Origin: Flavobacteriales bacterium
GTDB taxonomy: Bacteria; Bacteroidota; Bacteroidia; Flavobacteriales; JASBRU01
Length of the DNA stretch: 64,000 nucleotides
Direction of reading: 5' to 3'
Assembly (NCBI GenBank): GCA_030149285.1
Contig: JASBRU010000006.1
Coordinates: 64,170-128,169, forward strand
The translations under genes were made by a program, and so were the position numbers. Positions 26,214 through 35,807 of the stretch are shown piece after piece. Positions within the stretch are counted from its first letter, which is position 1, and each line of letters begins with the position of its first letter. A model generated the notes under the pieces. The model searched no databases and was not told the DNA's origin. It saw nothing but the letters and a program-made list of their open reading frames with translations.

Positions 26214-26486
26214 TTAATGTGTGTTGATGTAGCTGTAGAACTTGCGCTTAATAGTAGTTTCGGAAGTTTCGTAGATTACAGAAAGGTCTCTGAAGGTATT
26301 GGTTACATGGCCCTCGTTTTCTTTAAGGAGCTCGTAAAAATCATGAATGATTAGGTAGTCTCTGCTGTCTTTTTCTCGGATGAGTTTTTCATCGAATAAG
26401 AAGTTAACGATGCTCTCAATATCATTCTGATTGTGTTTTTCTGCAACTACAGCGGATAGATGTTCTTTTAGTTCAGAACGTGTCAT
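26214..26486 (-). CDS. Small protein with C-terminal helix-turn-helix-like segment
   Basis: 90 aa. TNTFRDLSVIYETSETTIKRKFY resembles an HTH. It lies between the nuclease-like gene and the protease gene. Confidence 0.45.
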   Translation of the reverse strand: MTRSELKEHLSAVVAEKHNQNDIESIVNFLFDEKLIREKDSRDYLIIHDFYELLKENEGHVTNTFRDLSVIYETSETTIKRKFYSYINTH

Positions 26487-26544
26487 AGGCTGTTAAGGTT
26501 TTGATACTCCAAAGTAGAATAATTCACTACAGAGTGTCAAAAAA

Positions 26545-27702
26545 TTATAACTTAATTTTCTCCGCTTCTTCTCTAATTTGTATGACTATACCGTCTGAAA
26601 AATATAAATACCTTTCATTACTAGGAGGGTAATCTATATTTAAATCATAGGAACCATAAACTAAATTACTAACCACTTTTTTATCTATACCTATCTTAAA
26701 ATCTATTTTCTCTGATGGCTTAAAATTTATTCCGAAATAATATGAATCAAGTCTTATTTCATAAAAGAGAGGCTTTTCTACCCAATAAATTACATTATTT
26801 TTATCATCCTCACCTTCTTGGTAAGAAATAGAGTCATTACTATTTTGGTTATCGAAACTATCAATAGCTTGATTATCTAATAGCTTACTAGCTCTGTTAA
26901 AGTCACCAACTAAATAAAACCATGAAGCATAATGCTGCCTAAACAACTCTTTCTTATCAAAAGAATTACTATTTCCTATTTTTTTAAAATGATAATTTAT
27001 ACTTGAGTCATATTTACTATTTTCATTACCAAACTGAGTACAAACAGGTATTAATTGACTTGTTTTGGGCTTTAAAATGATTTCTAATTGCTCTTCTAGG
27101 GCTTTTTTAAGTAAACTTTTTATATTAGTATTACCTTGTGAAATGCCCTTCGACTCATAAAGTCCAATATTTTGTAAATCAGAGTTTAAAATCACAAAAT
27201 CTGGAGACTTTGATCTTTTATTGCTAATAAGTTTTTCCGACTTACACTTATATTTTTCACAGTATAAATGAAAATCTATTATGTATGGAAAGCCAAGTCG
27301 TTCTTGAATAAACAAGTAACTTACAGCCTGTGCCAATTCGCCAATCCTTGATGTCCTTGAAAAATCTCTTAACCTATTTAATCTTGACTGTTTTAATTGT
27401 AAATAATCTCCATTATAATTAAATAAGTTCATTATACTAAAGAATGAAGACATAATATCAAAGTATAATTCTTTGTAATTTAGATGGTGACTACATAGTG
27501 TTCGGGCTATTGCATAGGCTATTTTAAATTGGCTTGCTTGAAAATCACCTTCGGCTACGGGTACACTTTTATCATAAGCCTTAAGTGTTTTATAGTTTAA
27601 CACTTTAAACTTTTTCTGTTTAAGGCCCACATTAAATTCATATCTATGATAGTGTAAAATATACATCAATTTAAAAATATTAGTCTTTTTATAAAGAAAC
27701 AC
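26545..27702 (-). CDS. PD-(D/E)xK nuclease-like protein of unknown function (candidate phage-borne defence/exclusion gene)
   Basis: Central motif series RIGELAQAVSYLF ... KSPDFVILNSD ... IGLYESKG matches E / PD / ExK of restriction-endonuclease-like folds. The gene is visibly more AT-rich than the flanking structural genes. Confidence 0.5.
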   Translation of the reverse strand: MFLYKKTNIFKLMYILHYHRYEFNVGLKQKKFKVLNYKTLKAYDKSVPVAEGDFQASQFKIAYAIARTLCSHHLNYKELYFDIMSSFFSIMNLFNYNGDYLQLKQSRLNRLRDFSRTSRIGELAQAVSYLFIQERLGFPYIIDFHLYCEKYKCKSEKLISNKRSKSPDFVILNSDLQNIGLYESKGISQGNTNIKSLLKKALEEQLEIILKPKTSQLIPVCTQFGNENSKYDSSINYHFKKIGNSNSFDKKELFRQHYASWFYLVGDFNRASKLLDNQAIDSFDNQNSNDSISYQEGEDDKNNVIYWVEKPLFYEIRLDSYYFGINFKPSEKIDFKIGIDKKVVSNLVYGSYDLNIDYPPSNERYLYFSDGIVIQIREEAEKIKL

Positions 27703-27744
27703 TTCTAAACTAAACCAGTCAACCCGCTAAAAGACCTGTTTTTA

Positions 27745-30147
27745 CTAAAAACTATTCTCAGATTCTTGTAAGCGTACTGTAGTACTTACCGAGTGCAAAT
27801 GCTCTACCGGTAATACCACCTCACGGGAGTTTATTTTATTGGCTAAGCTACTGGTAAACGATTCTACATCTATACCTGCATTACTTTGGTTATTTCTAAA
27901 GGGTTGAGGAATTAAAGCTTGCGGTGGCAACAAACCGCCCAAGGCAAACTTGCTACCTATTGCGCCTGGTATGGGCACACCGCCTGCGGCTACATTCAGC
28001 TCGCTGGCTCTGGCTCGTAAAAACGGATTTTGGGCTACACCTTTGGTGAGTAGTATTTCACCTCCTTCGGCTTCAAAGCCTCCCCTACCATCAATATTAA
28101 AGGGGATACCGCCCGCCTCATGTGAAGGACCTTGTAACAAACCACCCCTTTTAAACTTAGGGATTGGCTTTGCGGCTACCAATGCGGCTTGTAATGCGCC
28201 TTGAGCCCCAACAATTGCTGCCAATATAAAATTAGGTAAGGCAGCAGCTACCGCCTTCGCAGTACTTAATGCAATCTCAAAAAGTGTTTTCTGCTTATCT
28301 GTTTTGGCTTGCTCAGTTTTTATCCTTTTTTCTTCAGCTGCAAACTTTTTATTAATCCGCTCTTTGGCTTTGGCATTATCACCGGCTAAGGCCAACTCTG
28401 CTTGTTTTTGCCTATCTAAATCTAATAGTTCTTTCTCTCTATTAATTCTGCCAAACTCAAAAATGGCCTCGTAGGTTTGTATTGCCAAGTCTTTTGCCGC
28501 CTGCCTATTTGCTGCATCTCTTTCTGCTTTTGCTAAAGCAGTTTTTTTCTCATCATCATCTATTTTTTGTAAAGCCAGTTTATGTTGCTCAATTTCCTCT
28601 TCATGCTTTTTTACCAAAAACTGCTGAAAGTCTGTAAAACTACTCTCATAAAACTCATTTACTATATCTTGTTTTTCCTGCTCGGTTTTAATTGCATAAT
28701 CGGCATTAATTTTTCTTAGTGCCTCTGCTTTCTCTTGCTCCTTTTGTTTTTGCTTTCCTAGGTTTTGGGCATCAAACTGATGCTCTTCTCTTTCTTTTGC
28801 AAAAACATCATCAATTAACAATAATTCAGCATTTTTCTTTTCTTCTAATGCTTTTACATCTATGCTGTGTTGTTTACCTAAATCTATTAGTTTTTTATAC
28901 TGAGCATTTATTCTGGCTATTTCATCTGTTTTGGCTTTCTCACTCAGGTCGCCAAAATTAAACTCCTCTTTGGCAGCAATAGCTTCATCAATTAGAGCTT
29001 GGGCTTCTTGCTTTGCAGCTTCACGTTTTTGCTTTTCTGCTTCAGCTTTTTCTCTATTTTTTTGGTTTTGATTTTTAATTGCATCTGTTTGCTGCTGCTT
29101 AATATCAGCAACTAAATCACTATAACTGGCAGCTATACTAGCTTGCTCTCTTTCTAGTTCAAATACTCTTATTTGCCCTTCATGAATTTCGTCAGCTAAA
29201 GCTTCTTTTTCTTCATCACTTACAGTACCCAACAAGCCTTCTTGATTATTTACCCTTTCTTGTGCAATCCTCAGTTCTTCTGCATTTAGCTTTTTACGCA
29301 ATTCATTTTGTTGCTCTGCTGCCTCAAGTCTTTCTTTATAGCTTTTCTTTTCATCATCTATAATGCGCTGTAGTCTATCATCATCTATCCCCCTTTCTGC
29401 TCTTTGTTTTTCTAGCTCTTTTTCATCTGTAACTAGTTTATTTAAGTTATCTCTAAGCGTATTTATATTTTTTGCTGCATCAAGCGCATCTTTCCCCAGA
29501 TTTTTTAATCTTTTTGCACTATCAGTAACATTTTCAGCAAAATCTTGCACAGCACCTTTGGCATCGTTTAGTGCTCCTTTAAAATCTCCTTTAAAAACTT
29601 TACCAATAGCTCCGGCTATGGTTCTAAGGGTTTGAAAATACTTAATTACATAGTTTTTAATGATATCAACTAATCCACTAAAAACATTGCTCAAAAAGTT
29701 GGTTGCAGTTCTAAGAACCTTTGCACCCTTTTCTGTCTTAAAGAACATTTGCCCCAGCTTTACCAGTAGCCCCACCACAAAACCAATTGGATTTGATTTT
29801 AATGCTGCATTAAAAAGCTTGGTTGCCTTTTGCGCAAAGCTCATAGAACCTGCGCTAGACTTAAACTCCTTAGAAAGCTTTGAAATACCCGATTTTGCCT
29901 GTTTATATGCGTTTACTCCATCGCCAATGGTTGAACCCAACACTTCTGTCTTCTTTATCATATCTATGATAGAGGTAGAAGACTTATCAAACTCGTCTTT
30001 ATTCTTTTTTAAGGTTATATTGAGGTTATTAACCTGGCTATTTACTTTGGTTACGTTTTGGGTAACACTTGTAATTTGGGTATTGAAGTTTTGTACTTGC
30101 TGGGTATTATTGACCTGTAGGTCGATAATAATTTTATTGTCTTCCAT
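27745..30147 (-). CDS. Tail tape-measure-like protein with Gly-rich C-terminal domain
   Basis: 800 aa. It has hydrophobic segments near residues 110-135, a very long Lys/Glu/Ala/Gln coiled coil, a second hydrophobic block (AALPNFILAAIVGAQGALQAALVAA), then GGLLQGPSHEAGGIPFNIDGRGGFEAEGGEILL. Confidence 0.65.
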   Translation of the reverse strand: MEDNKIIIDLQVNNTQQVQNFNTQITSVTQNVTKVNSQVNNLNITLKKNKDEFDKSSTSIIDMIKKTEVLGSTIGDGVNAYKQAKSGISKLSKEFKSSAGSMSFAQKATKLFNAALKSNPIGFVVGLLVKLGQMFFKTEKGAKVLRTATNFLSNVFSGLVDIIKNYVIKYFQTLRTIAGAIGKVFKGDFKGALNDAKGAVQDFAENVTDSAKRLKNLGKDALDAAKNINTLRDNLNKLVTDEKELEKQRAERGIDDDRLQRIIDDEKKSYKERLEAAEQQNELRKKLNAEELRIAQERVNNQEGLLGTVSDEEKEALADEIHEGQIRVFELEREQASIAASYSDLVADIKQQQTDAIKNQNQKNREKAEAEKQKREAAKQEAQALIDEAIAAKEEFNFGDLSEKAKTDEIARINAQYKKLIDLGKQHSIDVKALEEKKNAELLLIDDVFAKEREEHQFDAQNLGKQKQKEQEKAEALRKINADYAIKTEQEKQDIVNEFYESSFTDFQQFLVKKHEEEIEQHKLALQKIDDDEKKTALAKAERDAANRQAAKDLAIQTYEAIFEFGRINREKELLDLDRQKQAELALAGDNAKAKERINKKFAAEEKRIKTEQAKTDKQKTLFEIALSTAKAVAAALPNFILAAIVGAQGALQAALVAAKPIPKFKRGGLLQGPSHEAGGIPFNIDGRGGFEAEGGEILLTKGVAQNPFLRARASELNVAAGGVPIPGAIGSKFALGGLLPPQALIPQPFRNNQSNAGIDVESFTSSLANKINSREVVLPVEHLHSVSTTVRLQESENSF

Positions 30148-30164
30148 TTTATGTAGGTTTGTTT

Positions 30165-32219
30165 TTAGCTGGTTACAGGCACATAATTGCCCACGTACAA
30201 GAGTAATTCTACGGTTGTTGTATTAGATGCCCCTGGTGTGTAGTTGCTTATTTTATTGATGTAGTAAAAATTCTCGCCCAGCTTTATCAGTTTTCTAGGA
30301 TTTAGGTTGGCAATATCTAGCGGAGTTAGATGAAAGTTGGCTTTAAGTATTCTGCTCTCATCATAGAGTTTTTGCTGTAAACCATAGTATTTTTGGTAAA
30401 ACCCAAGTTCCCCTCCTACATCTGCAAATTGCATTGCTCCATCTGTTGTATATCCGGTAAAGGCTGCTCCATACTCTGCATTAGATGTTTCATTTCCGTC
30501 CTCATCTATTATCTTAAAACTATTGGTTCCTTCGGTACTATTTTCACCATCATAATACCACATACGGGTATTGAATTTTATATTCCTATCAGGCACATTA
30601 TCATCTTCGGGTAAATCCTTCCATAGTGTTGGTATAAGCGTATTGCCTAAACCACGTGCAGTATCTTCTCTCATTATGGTTGGTGAAACTGCTTTTACCT
30701 CTACCTTTTGCTCGCCATTGGCAAACACGTTTTTCACATCTACTTTGTGCTCACCGTATATAGCCTCTTTTTCCTTTTCATACTCTTCCAGTAGCACGTC
30801 TCCACTATCTGGTTTTTGAGTGTATATAAATGTTTTTTTGGCTACACTTATGTAACTTATTTCGGGTGGTTTGCTTACATCTAATTTATCAGACCAATCT
30901 ACAGATTCACTTATATTGCTAAAGAAGTCAGGATGTGGCTCTATGTAAATTTTCTTTTCATTTACATCGGTATAAAAGTATAAGTTGAAATGCTCTTTTA
31001 GCATCTGCACAAACTCTAATTGAGTCATATCCGGTAATTGCTTAGAGAGTTCTATTGTAGCTCCAAAAGGTATTTTGTTGGTAGGTGTTATTATAAACTC
31101 CGAGTCTGTTTCTATTCTACAAACCCCATCATCAATATTTGGGGTATCCATCGCTACCCGAACATATATCTCATCGCCATTTTCAAATGATCCCTCATAA
31201 TCTAAACCCACATAATGCTCATCTGCACCCGAAAGCTCTTCAATACCTTTTTTAAGAACTACTTCTGTAGATGTACCATTTAATTTTTTGATTAAGGAAT
31301 ATCTAACTCTTGGAGTATCGGCTATATCTAATAAAAACAACCTACTTGAAACCTTTAAATGAATGTCTTTTTTACAGGTATAATGCCCAGTACCCAAAGC
31401 ATAAGGTGGGTCAGTAGCTCTTTGGTCGGCCTGCTCCCATATCAAATCAGTAGACGTTGAATAACCATAACCAGCATATGGCGCGCCAAAAGACACACCA
31501 TCTGTTGAAGTTTTGTAGGCTTTTAAATATAAATCTTCGTCTGAACCATTGCTAAACTTCTCTTTGGTAAATGGAATAATAAGCTTTTTAAAAAAATTGG
31601 TATTGGTAAAACTTGATATTACCTGATAACCTGCATCATTAAAAATTTTATCGAAAACAGGTTTTACAAAAACTGCCGGATAAAAATCGTTGAGCGTAAA
31701 CTGCTTTTTTATGGCATCATTGCCAATATGTTCATATCCGTAATTGGTAAGTGGGTAGGTATATAAATCTGTATAATCATTCGTCCAACTGGCAGTAATG
31801 TTTGCTTTTGTATAAGCATGGTCTCCTTCGCTCAAGTCAACATCTATCAACTCTAGTTCATTCATGCTTTCTTTCCAGTCGCCATTACCGCCCTTTATTT
31901 CTATTTTGTATTCTGATAGTACTCCAAAAGGATCAGAAACAATACTTTTTACCTTACACAGGCCCGTCATTACTACTATGCCATTAACCTCTATACGTGC
32001 TTTAAGTAATTGGGTTTGATCTTTTGCTGAAAGCGAATTTATATCCGTTGCAAAACCAAATACTTGCTGATTAGTACTAGTTGCAGGTACTGTAATAGTT
32101 CTAGAAAAATCTGTGCTTCTAGACTGTATTTTGTTGATATCTGCAATAGAGTAATTAAGCGCAATAGGCTCTGAGCCAACATCTATAGATTGCTCATTAA
32201 TAAATATTTCTGTACGCAT
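30165..32219 (-). CDS. Large phage tail/baseplate-type structural protein
   Basis: 684 aa, beta-rich, adjacent to the tape measure and a fibre-like gene. Function inferred from size and position. Confidence 0.45.
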   Translation of the reverse strand: MRTEIFINEQSIDVGSEPIALNYSIADINKIQSRSTDFSRTITVPATSTNQQVFGFATDINSLSAKDQTQLLKARIEVNGIVVMTGLCKVKSIVSDPFGVLSEYKIEIKGGNGDWKESMNELELIDVDLSEGDHAYTKANITASWTNDYTDLYTYPLTNYGYEHIGNDAIKKQFTLNDFYPAVFVKPVFDKIFNDAGYQVISSFTNTNFFKKLIIPFTKEKFSNGSDEDLYLKAYKTSTDGVSFGAPYAGYGYSTSTDLIWEQADQRATDPPYALGTGHYTCKKDIHLKVSSRLFLLDIADTPRVRYSLIKKLNGTSTEVVLKKGIEELSGADEHYVGLDYEGSFENGDEIYVRVAMDTPNIDDGVCRIETDSEFIITPTNKIPFGATIELSKQLPDMTQLEFVQMLKEHFNLYFYTDVNEKKIYIEPHPDFFSNISESVDWSDKLDVSKPPEISYISVAKKTFIYTQKPDSGDVLLEEYEKEKEAIYGEHKVDVKNVFANGEQKVEVKAVSPTIMREDTARGLGNTLIPTLWKDLPEDDNVPDRNIKFNTRMWYYDGENSTEGTNSFKIIDEDGNETSNAEYGAAFTGYTTDGAMQFADVGGELGFYQKYYGLQQKLYDESRILKANFHLTPLDIANLNPRKLIKLGENFYYINKISNYTPGASNTTTVELLLYVGNYVPVTS

Positions 32220-32223
32220 AGGT

Positions 32224-33819
32224 TTATGAAGATTGTAGTATTACACTTGCATCATTGGTATTGCTTTGTGTGTTTATTGCATTTGAATACCTACAATTAA
32301 GCTTTAATTGAGTGGCTTGCTCACTTTCGTGAGTTATAACTTTACCGTCATCAATTACAATGGGTATCAACTTATCTTTTATCTCGTAACGCTTAACAGA
32401 TACATCATCCCAAAAATTTGTGCTTCCGGCAACTCCATCATTACGTAAATTTAAATACACGCTTGTAGCACTAGGGCTATATATAAAGCTTGTTGTAGCT
32501 TGCTCATCTAATGCAACCTCACTCTCTACACCCTCTAAAGAGCCTGCACTAAGTGTAAAGTTTATGCTTCTAACTGTTGATGTACCTTCTAAATGCGTTA
32601 CAGAAACCAAGTAATCTTCGCCAACTTCTAGGCCTTCTAATAACTGAGATACCCCCCCGCCACTAGATGGGGTTCCTTCATTTGTAGTAACCTCCATTAC
32701 ATCTGAGCTAGCATCTGTAGTACTATCAAAGGCTACCCAGCCATCACTATTTCCAAAATCACCATTCTGTATTACCTCAATACCCACAAATGGAGTTTCA
32801 GAATCATACAGGTATACGTCTACAGAATAGAGAAGCTCTTTTAGCCAACTCATTTTTTCTTCCGAAAGGAACTCGCTATAAATTTCAAAACTTTCATTGG
32901 CTTCAATACCAGTAATTATTTCTCCTCGGTTACTCAATTCAAAATCATTACCTAAGGGTCTTGTAAAAGTTTGTGTTTTTGTGGATAAGCTATTTTTTCT
33001 TTTCCCTTTAAATGTAAATTGGTCATACCCACCTAATGAATTTCTAAAAAAGAGGGTTGAATGCTGTTTGTTAACCGTACGGTCTACATATACTGTTTTT
33101 GTATATAAGTACAGTTCACTATCAGGGGCAGAACCTACAGCTATTTTTATATATGCGCAATTAGAGGCCAAGTCTTCCATTTTTTGCTGAAAAACTCGCC
33201 TTGTTGCAGAGTTATTTAATAAATAATAATCTTTTTGAATACTGCTATTACTACTAGTAAACTGCTCTACAGTAATAGTAATACTTGTAATAGAAGGGTT
33301 ATTTATAAATGCTATTTGCAAATAGGTGTCAGCAGGTACAAACTGTTTATTGGGCATATTCGTTAAAAAATCTCTCTGTTCATCTCCATCTATGGTGTAA
33401 CCCAATAAGTTTTGATTTTCTAAGTGCTGACGGGTAGCATTTAATACCCCAAAAGTAGAGGAAGTAGCAGTTAAGCCTTCTTGTAGCAAACCATTAGAAT
33501 CTTCATAAAGCTCTGTAAAAACACAGTAAAAAGTTCTTGAAGATTCATTTGAAGAAGCAAATTGTCCCGTTCCTTTTTTAAAATCCTCGGGCTTACCTGT
33601 AAGTACACTTTTTAAGTGTTCTGAAACATCAAAAGTATATACCAATGGTGAAGTATCACTATACCTATATGTTGAGCTAATTTTGATGTCATTTACATAT
33701 ATATCTGCTCTAACCCTAGGGTTACTACCTTGTGGTGCAGTGTTTAATACTTTAAATATTATTGGGCGATATGCCGCAGAGTAGTACTCTGTCGGGTAAT
33801 GGGTAATGCTAAATGCCAT
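32224..33819 (-). CDS. Phage tail fibre/receptor-binding-like protein with CBM-like jelly-roll C-terminal domain
   Basis: The C-terminal segment IQNGDFGNSDGWVAFD...YLVSVTHLEG...FWDDVSVKR has the layout of CBM4_9/galactose-binding-like domains. Confidence 0.45.
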   Translation of the reverse strand: MAFSITHYPTEYYSAAYRPIIFKVLNTAPQGSNPRVRADIYVNDIKISSTYRYSDTSPLVYTFDVSEHLKSVLTGKPEDFKKGTGQFASSNESSRTFYCVFTELYEDSNGLLQEGLTATSSTFGVLNATRQHLENQNLLGYTIDGDEQRDFLTNMPNKQFVPADTYLQIAFINNPSITSITITVEQFTSSNSSIQKDYYLLNNSATRRVFQQKMEDLASNCAYIKIAVGSAPDSELYLYTKTVYVDRTVNKQHSTLFFRNSLGGYDQFTFKGKRKNSLSTKTQTFTRPLGNDFELSNRGEIITGIEANESFEIYSEFLSEEKMSWLKELLYSVDVYLYDSETPFVGIEVIQNGDFGNSDGWVAFDSTTDASSDVMEVTTNEGTPSSGGGVSQLLEGLEVGEDYLVSVTHLEGTSTVRSINFTLSAGSLEGVESEVALDEQATTSFIYSPSATSVYLNLRNDGVAGSTNFWDDVSVKRYEIKDKLIPIVIDDGKVITHESEQATQLKLNCRYSNAINTQSNTNDASVILQSS

Positions 33820-33824
33820 TTATG

Positions 33825-34133
33825 TTAGGTTTTTAAGGGCTTTAAACTATTTTTTAATTGGCTTATAAAAGACTGTGTTAGTAAACTTTTTATCTCTGCT
33901 TTTTTATTTTGATAGATGATAGCTGCCGGGCTTTTTGAAGTATTACTTTCAAATACATTTTTATATGCATCAAAGCTTTTTCTGTTTGGGAGAAAGTATT
34001 TTACACTTATCAATTCTTTTACCATATTTACCTCCACTCCGTTTTCATCTAATCCTTGCTCTATTAGTAGCTTTACTGACTCATCTTGCAGTAAATCAGC
34101 AACTTTTGCTAATGCATTATCAAAATCCATCAA
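33825..34133 (-). CDS. Hypothetical phage protein
   Basis: 102-aa ORF, 5 nt upstream of the next gene. Confidence 0.45.
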   Translation of the reverse strand: MMDFDNALAKVADLLQDESVKLLIEQGLDENGVEVNMVKELISVKYFLPNRKSFDAYKNVFESNTSKSPAAIIYQNKKAEIKSLLTQSFISQLKNSLKPLKT

Positions 34134-34168
34134 TTGGTTTTTTAGTTTTTTTTATTACTTTTAGAGCT

Positions 34169-34687
34169 ATGAAAGCTGTGAGTAGCATTTTTATTGTAGT
34201 CCTTTCCCTCATCATGATTACTTCTTGTGAAGATGCTACTATTGGTGATGGTGGAGCCGACACCTTACCAGCTGTTACTAGTAACGGGGCAAACACACTA
34301 GGTTTTAAGCTCAATGATAAAGTATGGGTACCTAAGTCTGAAGGTCTTATATCACCCCTACAAGTTGAGTTCAATAACAATAGTTTATTTATTAAAGGTA
34401 CCAGAGGTCTTACCGAAACTTTTATCATTAACTATAAAAATGACATCACTAAAGAAGGTACTTACCCAATGGTTTTTGCCAATATTGCCACCGATGGCAC
34501 AGGTTATTACAAAGATGTAAATGGCGAAGAGTATTACTGCGACAACAGATTTGGTCAGCTAATAATTGATAAACTTGATAAAAAAGAGCGCATCATTTCA
34601 GGCACATTTAATTTCAATGTTATTATACCCGGTCAGCCTACCTCTAAGCTTTCTATAACTGAGGGTAGATTTGATCTTGCTTATTAA
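34169..34687 (+). CDS. Lipoprotein encoded on the opposite strand inside the phage cluster (moron)
   Basis: MKAVSSIFIVVLSLIMITSC lipobox. Start set at ATG 34169 (the longer ORF-track N-terminus overlaps the minus-strand gene). Confidence 0.6.
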   Translation: MKAVSSIFIVVLSLIMITSCEDATIGDGGADTLPAVTSNGANTLGFKLNDKVWVPKSEGLISPLQVEFNNNSLFIKGTRGLTETFIINYKNDITKEGTYPMVFANIATDGTGYYKDVNGEEYYCDNRFGQLIIDKLDKKERIISGTFNFNVIIPGQPTSKLSITEGRFDLAY

Positions 34688-35118
34688 TTGTACGTAAATA
34701 CCGCTTCACTTAATTCATTACAAATTCCTATACTAAAACTAAGTTTTACTGCCCACAGCTCATCATTGTGCTGATACCCGGCATAATCTGTTTGTATAAC
34801 AGAGTCTAGCAATAAATCAGGCAGGTTTTTAGTAAATAATTCTTGTAAAATTTGTCTTCCCCATATATGCACTCGGCTATAAACTGCCTGTTCATCATCG
34901 TCTATTTGTTTTTTATCAAATACATAAAACTCCATTTTAAAACGCTCATCTGCCATATATACCTTATCTATTTCGCCTTTAAATGGTGTAAGCATGGCTA
35001 AAGGGTAGGTATGTAATCCGGTATTTATATCTGATAAATAGCCAAAATGAAAAGCCGTTATTTGCTCATGAGCTAATGCTGTTTCTTTAAACTTTGCTAC
35101 TAATTCTTGCAGTGTCAT
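34684..35118 (-). CDS. Hypothetical phage protein
   Basis: 144-aa ORF in the minus-strand series. Confidence 0.45.
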   Translation of the reverse strand: MTLQELVAKFKETALAHEQITAFHFGYLSDINTGLHTYPLAMLTPFKGEIDKVYMADERFKMEFYVFDKKQIDDDEQAVYSRVHIWGRQILQELFTKNLPDLLLDSVIQTDYAGYQHNDELWAVKLSFSIGICNELSEAVFTYN

Positions 35119-35225
35119 AGGTTATATATTTATTTCAAATTTAAGAAGTACGCTGCATGATTCTTGTCCACTTTTAAGAACTTTTTATATACATTAGTGC
35201 CTTCAATTTTTTAGTAAAAACAGAT

Positions 35226-35807
35226 ATGAAAAAAATTATTTTTATCGCTTTAATTTCAAGCGCACTATTTAGTTGTAGTAATGATACAAAGCAAGATAAT
35301 GCCGAATACAATGCGCCAACAATAGTATATACTGGCACTGCAGACTCTATTAGTACAGTTGCAGCAGCAAACAAACTTCATTCGTTTTTACATGATTATA
35401 AAAGCAACTACGCAGAAATAAATAACATTAAATTTATTGTTGAAGGAGATGATGAAGCCAATAAAGTAGATTTTGAAAAACTAGTTGCTTATCAAGAAGA
35501 CCTTAAAAAGAGTGGCTATTTTACTGACCAATATTTTGAGGAAAAACTTATCTATTACACCGAGATGGACTCTAGGTTAGCTACAGGAACCACCTACTCC
35601 AATGATGAAATAAAGCAAGATCCTATATTATTTGTAACAGACCCAAAAAGAATTTTAAATAACATTAATAATATTACCTACACAGCAAAAAGAGCTGGTA
35701 ATGGGGTTATTATTAATGGTAATTATAATGATATAGTAGTAACTGCCGAGTTATTTTTTAATAATGACAATTGGACTATTAATAATATCTATTGCTACTA
35801 TAAATAA
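35226..35807 (+). CDS. Second opposite-strand lipoprotein inside the phage cluster (moron)
   Basis: MKKIIFIALISSALFSC lipobox; 193 aa. Confidence 0.6.
   Translation: MKKIIFIALISSALFSCSNDTKQDNAEYNAPTIVYTGTADSISTVAAANKLHSFLHDYKSNYAEINNIKFIVEGDDEANKVDFEKLVAYQEDLKKSGYFTDQYFEEKLIYYTEMDSRLATGTTYSNDEIKQDPILFVTDPKRILNNINNITYTAKRAGNGVIINGNYNDIVVTAELFFNNDNWTINNIYCYYK

Noticed and set aside
33935-34168. Long N-terminal extension (78 aa) of the plus-strand lipoprotein ORF.
   Set aside because: It overlaps the minus-strand gene 33825..34133 and translates to an implausible Leu/His/Phe-rich peptide. A clean lipoprotein signal starts at ATG 34169.
35174-35374. 66-aa minus-strand ORF opposite the start of the lipoprotein gene 35226..35807.
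   Set aside because: It is antisense to a gene with a clear lipobox. The translation is hydrophobic low-complexity, and there is no coupling to the neighbouring minus-strand genes.
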